Positions 51,161 through 62,857 of a DNA stretch of 64,000 nt are shown one piece after another (position 1 is the stretch's first letter; every line of letters begins with the position of its first letter). The position numbers and the translations under genes were made by a program. The notes beneath the pieces are model-generated. The model ran no database searches and was not told the DNA's origin. It saw nothing but the letters and a program-made list of their open reading frames with translations. Source of the stretch: Candidatus Latescibacterota bacterium (GTDB lineage Bacteria; Latescibacterota; UBA2968; UBA8231); the NCBI GenBank assembly GCA_965219385.1, contig CBDCNM010000002.1, positions 1,088,639-1,152,638 of the forward strand, given 5' to 3'.

Positions 51161-52607
51161 CTCGACTTTATCCATTTATGTAGCGTACGAGACGGTGTGT
51201 ATCAAGCGGTTGAGTAGGCTTCGAGGGATTTTTATCAGGTCGTGTTGGTTGGGCAGGTTGGAAAAAGCCTGCCAGAGCCGTTGTCGGACCCAGGCCACGG
51301 CATCGGAAAAGGTGGGTTTTCGTTTGCCATACCAGGCCGTGGCATGGCAGGGGGAGGCGCTTTTGGGGGCCAGCCGATTGGCGATGAGGGCGACCAGACT
51401 AAACAAGGCCAAGATGACCGGCGTGGTCCGGGCAATGGCCCGCTCATTCCATTGGCGTTGGGTTTCCATGCCCAGATGGGCGCGGGCTTCCTCAAAGGTA
51501 GTTTCTACCGACCAGCGTTGGAGAAAATAGGTCAGCATTTGCCGAGGGGACAGACGCACATCGGTCGAGAGCAAGGCTTGGGGCGCGAAGCGGCCGGCCG
51601 GGTCTCGGATCAGCAGCCAGCGGAGGGGCACGGCGGGCAAGCCAGTGTGATACCACAGCGCCGTTTGGCTGTAGGTTTCCACTGTATAGGGGCCGGCGGC
51701 ATACCACCGGTCCAGGGTGAGGGGGTGCCAAGGGGTAGTCGGATCGTCCAGGTGCTGCTGGAGGGTGGGCTGCCGGGCGCCTTTGCCGCGGGGGCGTCCC
51801 CGCGTGTGCGGCGTGCGGGTTGGTGGTGGGTCATACAGGGCCGCATCCAACCGCAAGCGGGTAATCAGCCCCACGTGGGGCCGAACCGCGTCGAGAAAGG
51901 CCAAGGCGGAGAAGGTGCTATCGGCGACCACGACCAGCCGGCGGGTGGGCAGCCAGCGCGCTACCAGCTTGAGCATAGTCTGCCCCCGTTGCAACAGGGT
52001 GAGGGGGGTGCGCTGGCGCTGAGTATAGTAGCGGGCCGACGGACACAGCACACTCATAAAGGGTAAGGCCCAACTTCGATCCGCCCAAGGGATAGGCGCT
52101 ACCAGCATCAACGACAGCCAGCGCAAGCCGCTAGCCTTGACCAGGTGGGGCCCACTCGAGCGGACGGGATCCCGGTAGATGCCTCGGGCCCCAATCTGGG
52201 CGCCCCGGCGCCGCTCGATGGTCTCATCCAGGCCCAGGACCAGGGGCCCGTGGGGGGCAAAGGCGGCCACCAACGCCTGGAGGAGTAGCTTACTGCCGGC
52301 CAGGGGCGACCACACACAGCGGTTGAGGATCCGGTGGTAGGTTTGAAAGGTAGGCTGTTGGCTCAAGCCCAACACCTCCAACACGGCGCTGACCGTGCGT
52401 TTACCCAGGGCTAACAGCGCCCCGACCAACAGCGTCTGAGCCTGCGGCCAAACGCGGCTCGAAAAAAGGGGGGCAAAGGGCGACAAAATCGTTATTATAT
52501 CTTTCGGCAGGGGGCTCATCGGTTTCTCCTGGGCTGTCGATGCTTGGATACCATCAACAGTACGGAGGATACCGGCCTCCTGCCATGCGCGTTTGGATAA
52601 AATCGAG
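51161..52607 (-). mobile_element. IS701-family insertion sequence, copy 2 (1447 bp)
   Basis: Reverse complement of 35259-36705; CTTAG duplicated at 51156-51160 and 52608-52612. Confidence 0.92.
51176..52519 (-). CDS. IS701-family DDE transposase
   Basis: Translation identical to 35347-36690. Confidence 0.9.
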   Translation of the reverse strand: MSPLPKDIITILSPFAPLFSSRVWPQAQTLLVGALLALGKRTVSAVLEVLGLSQQPTFQTYHRILNRCVWSPLAGSKLLLQALVAAFAPHGPLVLGLDETIERRRGAQIGARGIYRDPVRSSGPHLVKASGLRWLSLMLVAPIPWADRSWALPFMSVLCPSARYYTQRQRTPLTLLQRGQTMLKLVARWLPTRRLVVVADSTFSALAFLDAVRPHVGLITRLRLDAALYDPPPTRTPHTRGRPRGKGARQPTLQQHLDDPTTPWHPLTLDRWYAAGPYTVETYSQTALWYHTGLPAVPLRWLLIRDPAGRFAPQALLSTDVRLSPRQMLTYFLQRWSVETTFEEARAHLGMETQRQWNERAIARTTPVILALFSLVALIANRLAPKSASPCHATAWYGKRKPTFSDAVAWVRQRLWQAFSNLPNQHDLIKIPRSLLNRLIHTVSYAT

Positions 52608-52612
52608 CTTAG

Positions 52613-53045
52613 CTCGACTTTATCCAAAATAAAAAATGGCAGTGGTCTGGCATCCTTCCTTATATTCAGAGATAATCCCCATCATCTCATACCAAAGAGG
52701 GAGCTATGTGACCACTGCCAACGCCTAATATACATATTCTGTCCCATTTTTCGCCACTGCTTTCTAACCCTGTCTGGGCGCATGCCCAAGTGTTATTAGT
52801 CGGTGCGATTCTGTGCCCTGAGAAACGTACCGATAGTGCCGCCTTACGGGTGATGGGCTTGGATCATCACCCTCATTTTCAAACCTACCATAGGGTCTTG
52901 AACCGTTGTGTCTGGTCGCCTTTGAAAGGCAGTTATATCTTGTTGAAGTGGCTAATTGACGCCTTTGCTCCTCGGGGTCCGCTCGTATTCGGTCTGGATG
53001 ACTCCATCGAGCGCCGGCGGGGGCGCGGATTGCGGCCCAAGGCCT
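52613..53045 (+). mobile_element. relic left end of a related IS701-family element
   Basis: TIR CTCGACTTTATCCA directly after CTTAG; degenerate transposase N-terminus (FQTYHRVLNRCVWSP..GLDDSIERRRG). Confidence 0.85.
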
Positions 53046-53375
53046 CTGTTATAGCGGAAGGTATAGCGATCCATGGGCTCCCATTCCAAGGTGGCGAAGA
53101 AGCGTTCGCATAGGGCATTATCATAGCAATTGCCCGACGGGTTGTAGTGGCTTTGGGACGACGACTCCCCCTTGCAAGCGCGTGGCGCAACAGACGCGCC
53201 ACGCGCTTGCGGCCCACGTGCACGCCTTCCTCACGCAGTTGCTCCTAGATGCGCGGCGTGCCCTAGGGGCCATCCGACCAGGTATGGATCGCCTCAATGT
53301 GGGCTTGCAGTGGGTCCTCCGCCTGGCTACGAGCCGAAGGCGGCCGTTTCCGCCACGCATAGAAGCCGCTGGGAG
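53046..53375 (-). mobile_element. IS3-family orfB relic, internally deleted
   Basis: SPSGFYAWRKRPPSAR..VGRKRVARL joined to GNCYDNALCERFFATL. Confidence 0.8.
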
Positions 53376-53385
53376 AGCTAAATGG

Positions 53386-55435
53386 ATGAAAGAGCTCAAC
53401 TTCAAGCAGGAGTTGACTGCTACTTTCGGGCAGCCGATCGCCGAAAGCCCAACGCAGGTGATGATTGAAGCCGCCTTCCGGCATCATGGTCTTGATTGGC
53501 GCTACCTGACCATCGAAGTGGCCGAGGCTGATCTGTTGGTAGCCGTGAACGGTGTCAGAGCCATGGGGTTGGGATTCAACTGCACCATTCCGCACAAGGT
53601 GGCCGTGATCGAGCACCTTGACGGCCTGGGGGAATCGGCCGCGCTGATGGGAGCCGTCAACTGTGTCGCGTGTGTCGCGCGGCGCGACGGCAAACTGATC
53701 GGCAAACACACGGATGGCAAGGGATTGGTCAGATCGTTGCGCGAGAAGACCGATCCGGCCGGCGTGTCGTCATTTTTGGTGCTGGCGGGGCTGCTCGCGC
53801 GATAAGTGTCGAAGTTGCCCTGGCCGGTGCGGCCAACATCACGATCGTCAATCGCAGTGAGGCGCGGGGTCGCGAATTGTGCGACTTGCCGAGTGGAAAA
53901 GTCAGGCAAGAAACCGGCAGCCAGCTGGGAGTCGACTTTGTCCCCTGGCAAAGCGACTATGAAGTGCCGCCCGACACCGATGTCGTCATCAACGCCACAT
54001 CGATCGGGCTATACCCTGATGTCGACGCGCGGCTGGCTCTGAATATCGCCACGCTGCAGCCCGGCATGGTGGTGGCGGACGTGATTCCCAATCCGTCCAG
54101 GAGGCTTTGTTGCATGAAAAGAGGGTGGTTGTGTTGGTCCCTTCCGTCTTTGGTTTATGCTTTTTTGGTTAGCGGATAGGACTCGGGTTTTGCCAGATAC
54201 AGTAGCCGGTTGAGCAACGCACAGCCCAACCGAGCTTCGGTCTGTTGGTTGGTTAGGGTTCGCGCGTGCAAGGTGCCGCCCAGCATTCGCTTATAGCGAA
54301 ACATCTGCGTTTCGGCTACCGAGCGGCGATGATAGCCGCGGGTTTTTTTCCACGCTCGACGGCCCTGTTTGCGAAGGGCTCGGATCGTCTCATCGCGGGG
54401 CAACGGTTCGGCCTTGGTGTTACCATGTTGCTCGATCTTGGCGTTGCGGCGGGGTGGAATGATCGGTCGAATAGGCGGTCCCTGCTCGGGCGCGGCCAAG
54501 GCGTCGAAGACCTTGCGCGTATCATAGGCTCCATCGCCCCCCAACGCCTCCACGGGGGCCTCCGACCTGAGCGAGCAACGGCTCGACCTGCGAGGCATCA
54601 TCTGGGCTATTCGTCAAGGTCGGCGCGACGATCTCGCCGGTGGCTTCATCGACGCCCAAGTGCACTGTGCGCCACGTGCGTCGCTTGCTCCAGCCGTGCT
54701 GACGCACCTTCCATTCGCCTTCGCCATACACTTTCAGCCCGGTCGAGTCCACTACTAAGTGGATCGGTGCGCGTCCCCGTGGTTGCGGTAGATCCACGGC
54801 CAAGCCGGCTTGTCGCCGCGATAACGTCGTGTGATCGGGCACCCGCAGATCCAGTCCCATCAGGGCCAACACGGAGGCGACAAACCCCTCGGTTTGGCGC
54901 AGGGGCAAGGGATACAAAAGGCGCAGGGGCAACGCCGTTTGGAGGGCCCCTTCCGAAAAGGTATATTGCGCCCCCCGCTGGGGCGGCCCTTGATAATACC
55001 AGGCTTGGACGGCTTGGGGTGTAAACCACACCGTTAGACTACCGCGCTGTTGCAGCCCCGCCTCATAGGCGGGCCCATTACGCACCCGGTACACGACCTT
55101 GGAGCGACGGGGCTTGACGGAAGGCGAGGAGGACGATACTTTAGGCATGACAGGTTCCTTGGACGAGAAGGCATGGATTCTTTCGCAAGAGGGTCATGTC
55201 CAATCTACTAAGGAACCTATCTTTATTCAACCGATGCACACAAAAAACGCCGATTCATGCACCAAAGCCGTCCAGGACGAATCTCGTGAAGGATGCCACG
55301 GTAGCGGGATGTCAGGTCATTGATGGCCTGGGCATGTTGGTAAATCAGGGCATCATCGGCATCCAGTACTGGTCCGGCGTCGATCCTGATCCGAGGGTGA
55401 TGCGTCAGGCGCTCGAGGAGATTTTCGAAGCCTAG
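53386..55435 (+). pseudogene. aroE: shikimate dehydrogenase pseudogene split by an IS
   Basis: NCTIPHK, GAVNC, TDGKG; frameshift ~53765; GAGGAAR, INATSIG; interrupted at PNPSR and resumes TNLVKDA..DGLGMLVNQG. Confidence 0.88.
54103..55269 (-). mobile_element. IS5-family (IS903-like) insertion sequence, 1167 bp, transposase frameshifted
   Basis: TIRs GGCTTTGTTGCATGAA / TTCATGCACCAAAGCC; TSD GTCCAGGA at 54095-54102 and 55270-55277; RGSLTVW, DSTGLKVYGEGEW, DGAYD, GYHRRS in two frames (55148-54155). Confidence 0.92.
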
Positions 55436-55538
55436 CCGCCGTGCGAGGGAAGAGGCTTCACCTTGCTGATGTCGTCGATCGTCGACCGGAATGTGCCTCT
55501 GGTAGACATCGTTGGTGGGCGGTTGCGGTTGGCCATGA

Positions 55539-56385
55539 TCAGAAACGGCTCGGTTCCTTCATCTTCTGCCGCGCCTCGGCCACCAGGCCCGGCAGGTGGT
55601 CGGCATGGGCCAGCCGCTGTTCCAGATGGCGCATGGCGGTCTGGATCGGCGGTCTCCACCATGAGGGGTGAATACACCCGCTCGTACCAAAAGCCGGCCA
55701 GGTTGCCGATGCACTCTCGCAGCAGGTGTTCGTCTTCATCGCGGAAGCGCTGCTGCAGGTTGACCGTGAACATGCGCCGGCGGGTACCACCGCCGAACGA
55801 GGCGTGCTTGATGCGGTGGTTGAAGACGACTAGGTCGCCCGGTTGCACCTCCAAGTTCACCGATGGAACATCCGTGCCGGGAATGCCCCACTTCTCCTGA
55901 GTATTGTTTGAACCAGAGGTAGGTATCGTTTCATGCACGCTTTCGGCGTAGGCCTCACCGATTCTGTGACTACCTGGCACGACCCTGAGACAGCCACTGT
56001 GTCGCCCCACCGCATCGAGATAAAATGCCAGTTTGATCGAGCGGTAACCGGGAGCGCGGTTGTAACCATCCGAATGCCACGCGGTGTCACCGACGAAGTA
56101 GTTGCCGTCACTGGACATGTAGTTGAAGTCGTCGCCCAGCAGTCCGGCACCGATGCCCTCGACGCGCTCGTCGTCGAGCAGGGCGCACAGGTACGGGTGC
56201 TGATCAATGAAGGGCAGCAGCGCCGAATTCTGCTCTTCGTCGTGTGGCCGCTGGTTGTGGCCTCCGCCGTGTTCTGCCCACACCGCCTCGGAGGCCTGGG
56301 TGATGGCTTCGGCTTCGGCGGCAAATAGGCCGGGAAAGCTCAGAAACCCGAACACATCGAAGAAACGTGCTTGCTGTTCCGTCAT
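55539..56385 (-). pseudogene. phytanoyl-CoA dioxygenase (PhyH) family gene, frameshifted near the 3' end
   Basis: FFDVFGFL, WHSD, GCLRVVPGSH, PGDLVVF..HAS; the C-terminus (MRHLEQRLA) is in another frame from ~55640. Confidence 0.75.
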
Positions 56386-56563
56386 CACGGACACGGGACT
56401 CCTCCAATTCGGCAATCAATAGCAATTTCTTGTATGATCAAAGGCTACTATTCATACACAATCCGATCACGCCCTGCAAGGTCGTCGAAACGCAGACGAA
56501 CCGCAAGCCCGGCCGTGAGCGAACGATATCAACCTCAGAGCCGCATGACAATTTTGGAGGATA

Positions 56564-57779
56564 TTGATGACATCATATGAGGAGTGGATCAGGTCAAGTG
56601 TCGTCGGAAAAGAGGCCCTCGATGCGTTTCTGTCGCCAGATGAACCGAGCTGGGCTCAATACGACGCCGAACTCGGGTACACCCTTGGAAACTACATGCC
56701 GCGGGATGGCGTCGACGGATCACTGACGATCTCCACCTCGACCGTGGACGGCGCCCGCCGCGCTGCCATCTACCAGGACCGGGCCTGCCGCCTCAATACC
56801 TACGGCAACAGTTTTACCGAGTGTCATCAGGTGAGCGATCACGAGACCTGGCAGGAATACCTGGCTGCCCACCTGGGCGAGCCGGTCCGCAATTTCGGCA
56901 TGGGTGGCTATGGCGCCTATCAGTCCTATCGACGGATGATTCGGACAGAGGCCAGCGACCTGGGCACCGAATATGTCCTCCTCTACATCTTGGGGGGATG
57001 ACCACTATCGCAGCACCATGCGTTGTCGCCACGTCATTACCCTGAGTTGGTATCGCGCTCGTCTGCTGCAGGGGGCTCGAATGTTCCACGGGAATTTCTG
57101 GGCCAACATCGAGATGGATCTGGAAAGCGGCGAGCTTGTGGAGCGTGAAAGTCTGACGCCGACACCCGAGTCTCTCTACGGCATGGCCGACGAAGAGTTC
57201 ATGATCGACGCGCTACGGGATGACCTCATGCTGCAGATGACCCTGTTCGACCGAGGAGATACGGACGAGGTCGACGTCGATCGACTGAACCGGCTCGCCG
57301 AGTGGCTGAGCTGCGCGAAGGTCGTCGAGGGCTCGTCAGAATGGAAGCATCAGGTCAGCACTCTGCGCACGGCCTATGCCTTTGCGGCCACGAGGCAAAT
57401 CATCGACAAGGCCGCGGCTTTCGCGGGCCAGAGCGGCAAGAAGCTGATGTTCGTCCTGTTCTGTCCGCGGGCCATGCGACAGCTCATCTCGGGAGAGGTC
57501 CGCTATGAAGAGGAGATCGCCGTCTACCTGCAGCAACAGGGACACACCACCTTCGACATGAACCCCGTTCACGAAGAAGACTTCAAGCAATTCAATCTGT
57601 CAGTCGACCGCTATGCCCAACGCTACTTCATCGGCCACTACTCCCCCGTCGGCAACCATTTTTTCGCCCATTCAATCAAGAGTGCCATCGCCGAATGGCT
57701 CGACCCGAAGCCGATCACGTATAGGCGAGACGCGCAGGCCCGGATCGATTTTCGCGACGGCTACCTACCGGAGAGCTGA
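56564..57779 (+). pseudogene. hypothetical (SGNH-like) gene with +1 frameshift at ~56990
   Basis: YGNSFT..NFGMGGYG in the first ORF; removing one T joins YI to WGDDHYRS of the second ORF. Confidence 0.7.
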
Positions 57780-57881
57780 GTTGACGGCAATTGGCTTTGC
57801 GGACTGGAATTGCGTAACTTCATCTGTTCGGTCTGTGTCGGCCGCAGTTCAAATGAGTAATGAGATTTGGAGAACGACCCC

Positions 57882-59492
57882 ATGACATCGAACGAAAACC
57901 GCAAGACGAACGCAGACGAGGACTATGGATTCGACGTGGCGGGCTTCATTCACGTGCCGCAGGTGCTTTCGCCCGCAGAAGTCGCGGCCTGCAACCAGGC
58001 CGTCGACGCCGTCGGTCGCGATGAGGGCAGGCTCGAATTGCCGGCGCTGCAGGATCACCCGGTACTCGCCAACTACGTGGAGACACTCTGTGGTTCGGGC
58101 TACGTAATCGACAAACCCCCGACGCTGGTCGCCGACAACCCGAGCTCTGCGGTTGCCCTGTCGACCGGCGCACCTGAAGACCGTAGACGGTTGCGTTACG
58201 CCAATTACCATGAGACCCGGGAATGCAAGGGACTGCGGGTGTTTCTGGCCCTGGTGCCCACGGGCAAGGATGGTGGAATCGTGTTGGTCCCGGCCAGCCA
58301 CAACCGATCGACGGAACCCCCGGCCGGCTTCCTGGCTGGCACCGACGACCTTGGAATGACCGAAGAGCCCGTGTTCAAGGCCGGCGATCTGCTCATCTGC
58401 GCCGCCACCACACTCTATGGCGTCCGCGGCCGGCCTGGGCGGGTGATCGAGATTGAGTTCATCACCTCACGCGCGAGGCCAACCGCCGGTTATCCCGAAA
58501 TCGAAGCCCCGGAATGGGCGACGGAGCTGACACCCGAGCAGCAGGCCGTTGTCGGGACCAGGACGACCGGACGCGGCGGTACCGTGATTTCCGATGGTGA
58601 GCGGACCTGGGTGGAGGAGGCCGAAGAGCTGCCGGCTAAGGTGATACTCAACCTGGACGAAAACAGCCAGCCGGATCCCGACGAATTGTGGTTCTGGGAC
58701 GTGCGCGGTTACCTGGTCCTGCGAGGAGTCATGGACGAGGAGTGGCTCGCGGCGGCCAACCGCGCCATCGACTTTGCCCTCGAAATGCAGGACGAGCTGC
58801 CGGAGGGACATCCGACCCGCATCGAGGAAGTACCCGAGCAGGCTTTGCGTGAGAACGATTGGACATGGCCCGAAGACACTTCTCCGAGGTTGGCCGGGGA
58901 AATCAACCGGCCGCGCATCGGCGGGCTTTACCAGCTGCCCAAGCCGCACTGCGACCCATTCCGCCGGATGATCGCTCATCCCGCCATCGTCAAGCGGTTG
59001 AACTGGATGCTCGGCTACGGCTTCAGAGAGTCGACGGAACCAATGTGCTGCGTCTACCCCAAAGGGACTACCGGAGGCTCGCTGCATGGGCAAAACCCGG
59101 ATGGTTATACCGTCTACAACGGCCGACAGCTGGTCGAGCAAACCAATGTAGCGTGGGCCTTGCATGATGAGTCCCCCGGCTTCGGCGAGGACAGTGGAGG
59201 GTTCCTCTGCGTCCCGGGCAGTCACAAAGCCAAATACCCGATCCCCCGGCATTTGACCACCAGTATCGATCTGCCTCAGGTCTACAAACCGGCTATGAAG
59301 GCAGGCGACGTGCTCTTTTTCGGCGGCGTCGCTCACGGGACGACCGCCTGGCGTAGCGAATGGCAGCGGCGCACGACCATCCAGTTCATGGGTTCGAGCA
59401 ACATCGCCCTGCCCCCCGGCAAGAAGGAAGTGGGCTGGCGATGGAGTACCGACCTGGGCAACCCGGCCAACGCCGTGGCAGCCAAGGCCTGA
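57882..59492 (+). CDS. tandem two-domain PhyH-family dioxygenase-like protein
   Basis: FDVAGFI..VPASH..KAGD and WDVRGYLV..LHG..VPGSHK..KAGDVLFF..HG. Confidence 0.75.
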   Translation: MTSNENRKTNADEDYGFDVAGFIHVPQVLSPAEVAACNQAVDAVGRDEGRLELPALQDHPVLANYVETLCGSGYVIDKPPTLVADNPSSAVALSTGAPEDRRRLRYANYHETRECKGLRVFLALVPTGKDGGIVLVPASHNRSTEPPAGFLAGTDDLGMTEEPVFKAGDLLICAATTLYGVRGRPGRVIEIEFITSRARPTAGYPEIEAPEWATELTPEQQAVVGTRTTGRGGTVISDGERTWVEEAEELPAKVILNLDENSQPDPDELWFWDVRGYLVLRGVMDEEWLAAANRAIDFALEMQDELPEGHPTRIEEVPEQALRENDWTWPEDTSPRLAGEINRPRIGGLYQLPKPHCDPFRRMIAHPAIVKRLNWMLGYGFRESTEPMCCVYPKGTTGGSLHGQNPDGYTVYNGRQLVEQTNVAWALHDESPGFGEDSGGFLCVPGSHKAKYPIPRHLTTSIDLPQVYKPAMKAGDVLFFGGVAHGTTAWRSEWQRRTTIQFMGSSNIALPPGKKEVGWRWSTDLGNPANAVAAKA

Positions 59493-59495
59493 GCG

Positions 59496-60519
59496 ATGCC
59501 TGAAGCCGAGATTTTTTCCAAGCAGATCATCTGCAAGGAGCCGGGCCGCTATATCGGCTGGCCGACCATCATCCGCACTCGCGCCGGCGAGTTGATCATC
59601 GTCTTTTCGGGCGATCGCGACAGCCACATTTGCCCGTATGGCAAAACCGAACTGGTGCGCAGCTCCGACGAAGGCAAGACCTGGAGCGATGCCGTCGTCG
59701 TCCGCAACACGCCCCTCGATGATCGCGATGCCGGCCTCGTCGAGACCACCGACGGCACCCTGATCACGACCTGGTTCACCTCGGTGGAGTTCGGCGACAA
59801 CCCGGATTACAAGGCCCACGCCGAGACCATTAGCCAGGAGGATCGGGATTGCTGGATGGGGCACTGGACGCAGCGCTCTACTGACTCGGGCATCACCTGG
59901 GAGGAGCCGGTCAGGAGTGTGGGCTCTACGCCCCATGGACCGATCGTCAATGACGAGGGCAACCTGCTCTACCTCGGCAGCGGCACCTTCGACGGCACCC
60001 ATGGCCTGACGGTTGAGGAGTCGACGGATCAGGGTCGCTCCTGGCAGATCATTGGAACGGTCCCACAGCCTGAAGGCATCGGTTTGGGCGAACCCTACAT
60101 GGTGGAGACGAAGAGCGGTAAGCTCGTCGGGTTATTCCGTTACGGAACCTCCAACCTGCAAGAAAAGTTCATGTACCAGGCCGAGAGTCACGACGGCGGC
60201 CGCACCTGGACCATGCCGGTCAGGACCGATATTCTCGGTTACCCCGCTCACATGATCCGCCTACCGGACGATCGCATCCTGCTCGTGTACGGCGTGCGGG
60301 TGCCACCCTTTGGAGAGCGCGCCCGGGTCAGTGTCGACGAGGGCGAAGACCTGGAGTGATGAGATCGTCCTGTGCACGGATACCAGCCCCGATCTGGGCT
60401 ACCCTGCCTCAGCCCAACTCGGTGACGGCTCCATTCTGACTATCTATTACCAGATCGACAATCCGGGAGAGCCGACGTGCCTGATGGGCACCCACTGGCG
60501 CCTGGGGGACGGCGGCTGA
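59496..60519 (+). pseudogene. sialidase/BNR-repeat gene with +1 frameshift at ~60344
   Basis: Asp boxes SSDEGKTW, STDSGITW, STDQGRSW, SHDGGRTW; the last box SVDEG/KTW is split by an extra G; ends DLGYPAS..IYY. Confidence 0.8.
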
Positions 60520-60528
60520 TCACGGCGC

Positions 60529-61131
60529 ATGATCAAAACCGTCATCTGTGATCTGGGCGGGGTGTACTTCACGGATGGCTCGGCGAGGGCGATCGAACGA
60601 ATCAGTGCGGCGTACGACATCGAGGTGGATCGGGTCAGCGATGTCCTGATGGGTGAACTCGGCAGCCGCTATCGCTTCGGCGAGGTAACGGTTGCCGAAT
60701 TCTGGGCCGGCGCAATACAGAGCTGGGGGTTGAAGATTTCGACAGCTGAAATCGCGCCGATCTGGCTGCAGGCCTACGAGCCCATCGAAGGAACTGTGGC
60801 ACTCATCGATCGTCTGCGCGCGGCCGGGTATGAAATGCTCTTTCTGTCTGATAACGTTCAGGACAGAGTCGCCTACCTTGAAAGCACGTATGAGTTTCTG
60901 CACCGATTCGAGGATGGTGTGTTCTCTCATCAGGTCGGATTGAGGAAACCGGATCCCAGGATTTACGAGCTGGTCTTGCAGAAAGCCTCTAACCTGCCCG
61001 GGCAGTGTGTCCTCATTGATGACAAACCGCAGATGCTTGCACCCGCGACCAAGCTCGGCATGAGTGTTATCGCGTTCGAAACTCCCAGCCAACTGGAGCG
61101 GGACCTGCAAGGTCTCGGTCTAACATTCTGA
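60529..61131 (+). CDS. HAD family phosphatase
   Basis: DLGGV, LSD, KPDPRIY, IDD. Confidence 0.9.
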   Translation: MIKTVICDLGGVYFTDGSARAIERISAAYDIEVDRVSDVLMGELGSRYRFGEVTVAEFWAGAIQSWGLKISTAEIAPIWLQAYEPIEGTVALIDRLRAAGYEMLFLSDNVQDRVAYLESTYEFLHRFEDGVFSHQVGLRKPDPRIYELVLQKASNLPGQCVLIDDKPQMLAPATKLGMSVIAFETPSQLERDLQGLGLTF

Positions 61132-61249
61132 GGGATAGGGTACCATGGGTGTTTACTTCGATCTGGGTCGTCCCGTAGTCGGCGGTTGGGTCTCGCACGA
61201 CCCCGTCCGCGACATCGACCTGCTCTGGGGCTCCGAACTAAACAAGAGG

Positions 61250-61837
61250 TACCGGTGTTCGTGCCGCCGCCACGCATGAACCTGGTGCGCTGTCACGGGG
61301 TGTTGGCGCCGGCGAGTCGGGACCGGTCGCAGATCGTGCCCGGGCCAAGCTCGCTGACGGCGTCCTCGCAGGATTGTGCCCACCCGGCGGAAGAGGAGGG
61401 AGAGGGTCCCGGGCGTCGCCATCGGGTGGCGTGGGCACAGCTTCTAGCGCGGGTGTTCCGGATTGACGCGAGCGTGTGCCCCGCCTGCGGCGGCGCTATG
61501 AAGATCGTGGCGGCGCTGACCGACCCGTTCTCGGTGCGTTGGTATCTGGAGGGCACCGGTCTGCCTTCGCGGGCTCCACCGGTAGCACCGGCACCGCCCC
61601 GACCCCCAGCTCGAATTCGCCGCCGCGTAGGTCCCCGGCTTTGATGCCACAGGGCAGGGGACCGGGGTGCGTCTGGATCGTGTGCGAGACAGCGTTGACG
61701 CTGCCTTCGAGTCCGATGGGGCACCGACAGCCGCCCTCGGAGTCGCCTCACGGGTGTATCCTGCCCTTGGTCCGGGGGCAAGAAGGCCGTCCGTCGGGGT
61801 TGACCAAGGTTCAAATGCCTGCTTATACTTCCTATCC
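61250..61837 (+). mobile_element. IS91/ISCR-like 3' relic (transposase C-terminus plus oriIS-like end)
   Basis: VPPPRMNLVRCHGVLAP, WAQLLARVF..CPACGGAMKIVA, RAPP; ends GCTTATACTTCCTATCC. Confidence 0.78.
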
Positions 61838-61839
61838 AT

Positions 61840-62081
61840 TTACCTGCCCGGCATCGCCGCGGTGCTGAAGCCAACATGGCGAAGCTCCTGGCCTCCGAGG
61901 CGTCCTGGGAGGCGGCCAACGTGTGCATGAACCCCCACGGCGGCTACGCCTTCGCCGCTGAGTACGACTATCGAGCGCAAGTTCCGGGAGACGCGCCTGC
62001 TGATGTCCGCGCCTGTCACCAACAACCTGGTGCTCGCGTTTCTGGGCCCAGAACGTCTTGGGTATGCCGCGGTCGTACTGA
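61840..62081 (+). pseudogene. acyl-CoA dehydrogenase C-terminal fragment
   Basis: ANMAKLLASEASWEAA..HGGYAFAAEYD, then ERKFRETRL..LGMPRSY across frameshifts. Confidence 0.8.
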
Positions 62082-62180
62082 TCTGAGCCATCCGAGCCCT
62101 CTCCCGCGACGGAGTAATGCTCGCATGACATGACTCGAATAGCATGAGTAGAGCTGACTCACGGGGTATCCTTACCTGCG

Positions 62181-62596
62181 ATGCGGGCCGCTACCGACCA
62201 GACTCCCCAGCCACTCTGGCACAGCGTGCCACCTGAGGCGGTTCTCGAACACCTCTCCTCATAGACCACTGGCCTGCCGTCCGCTGAAGCGGCGACCCGC
62301 CTCGTCACGTTCGGGCCGAACCAGCTGACCGGCAACTCCGTCCGTCTCAGCGCTCAAGCTGTTTGTGGACGAGTTCCGCAGCCCGCTCGTCGTGGTGCTG
62401 CTCGCCGCTGCTCTGGTGCTGGTGGCTGCGGACGAGTCCGAGCAGCTGATAGACGCCGGTCTCATCGGGCTCATCGTCCTGCTGAACGCAGGTTTGGGGT
62501 TCACCCAGAACTTACCGGGCAAGCCGCGGAATCGAGTCGCTGAGCCGGCTGTCCGCCTCCTCCGCGATGGCGCTTCGGGACGGACTTTGCCATTCT
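62181..62596 (+). pseudogene. cation-transporting P-type ATPase N-terminal fragment
   Basis: WHSVPPEAVL, GLPSAEAATRL..GPNQL, FRSPLVVVLLAA, IVLLNAGLGFTQ, with stops and frameshifts. Confidence 0.75.
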
Positions 62597-62599
62597 AAT

Positions 62600-62761
62600 T
62601 TAGTGCCGCCTACAAACAACAGATCCTCCAGGAGGCCGATCGCTGTCGTCCGTCGGGTCAATTGGGCGCCCTGTTGCGGCGCGAAGGTCTCTACTCGTCC
62701 CATCTAACCACCTGGCGCCGCCCGCGGGAACGAGGCGCGTATGATCAACCAGGTCCAACAC
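62600..62761 (+). mobile_element. IS3-family orfA fragment
   Basis: FSAAYKQQILQEADRC..GALLRREGLYSSHLTTWRR. Confidence 0.75.
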
Positions 62762-62857
62762 CTTTCTCCTGCCGATGAATTTTGAATTCGCCAAGCAGAC
62801 GGACCTGCAAGGGCACTATTCGGACTACCAGATGCACTTTAGCTTTGGAAAGAGTTT

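Larger units (their letters stand above)
50287..51161 (+). repeat. 875-bp direct repeat, left (intact) copy
   Basis: Matches 62762-63638 except for one C>T and a 2-bp insertion seen by eye. Confidence 0.95.

Noticed and set aside
35259..52607. Inverted IS701 pair as a composite transposon
   Set aside because: Each copy has its own TSD on both sides and the interval includes apparent core envelope genes; independent insertions are simpler.
54522..54601. Programmed frameshift in the IS903-like transposase
   Set aside because: IS903-group transposases are normally a single ORF, no A-rich slippery site is visible, and the surrounding region is decayed.
61118..61191. GTCTAAC..GTTGGGT (and GCCTAAC at ~41077) as integron attC sites
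   Set aside because: No internal palindrome or L boxes, no cassette array and no integrase.
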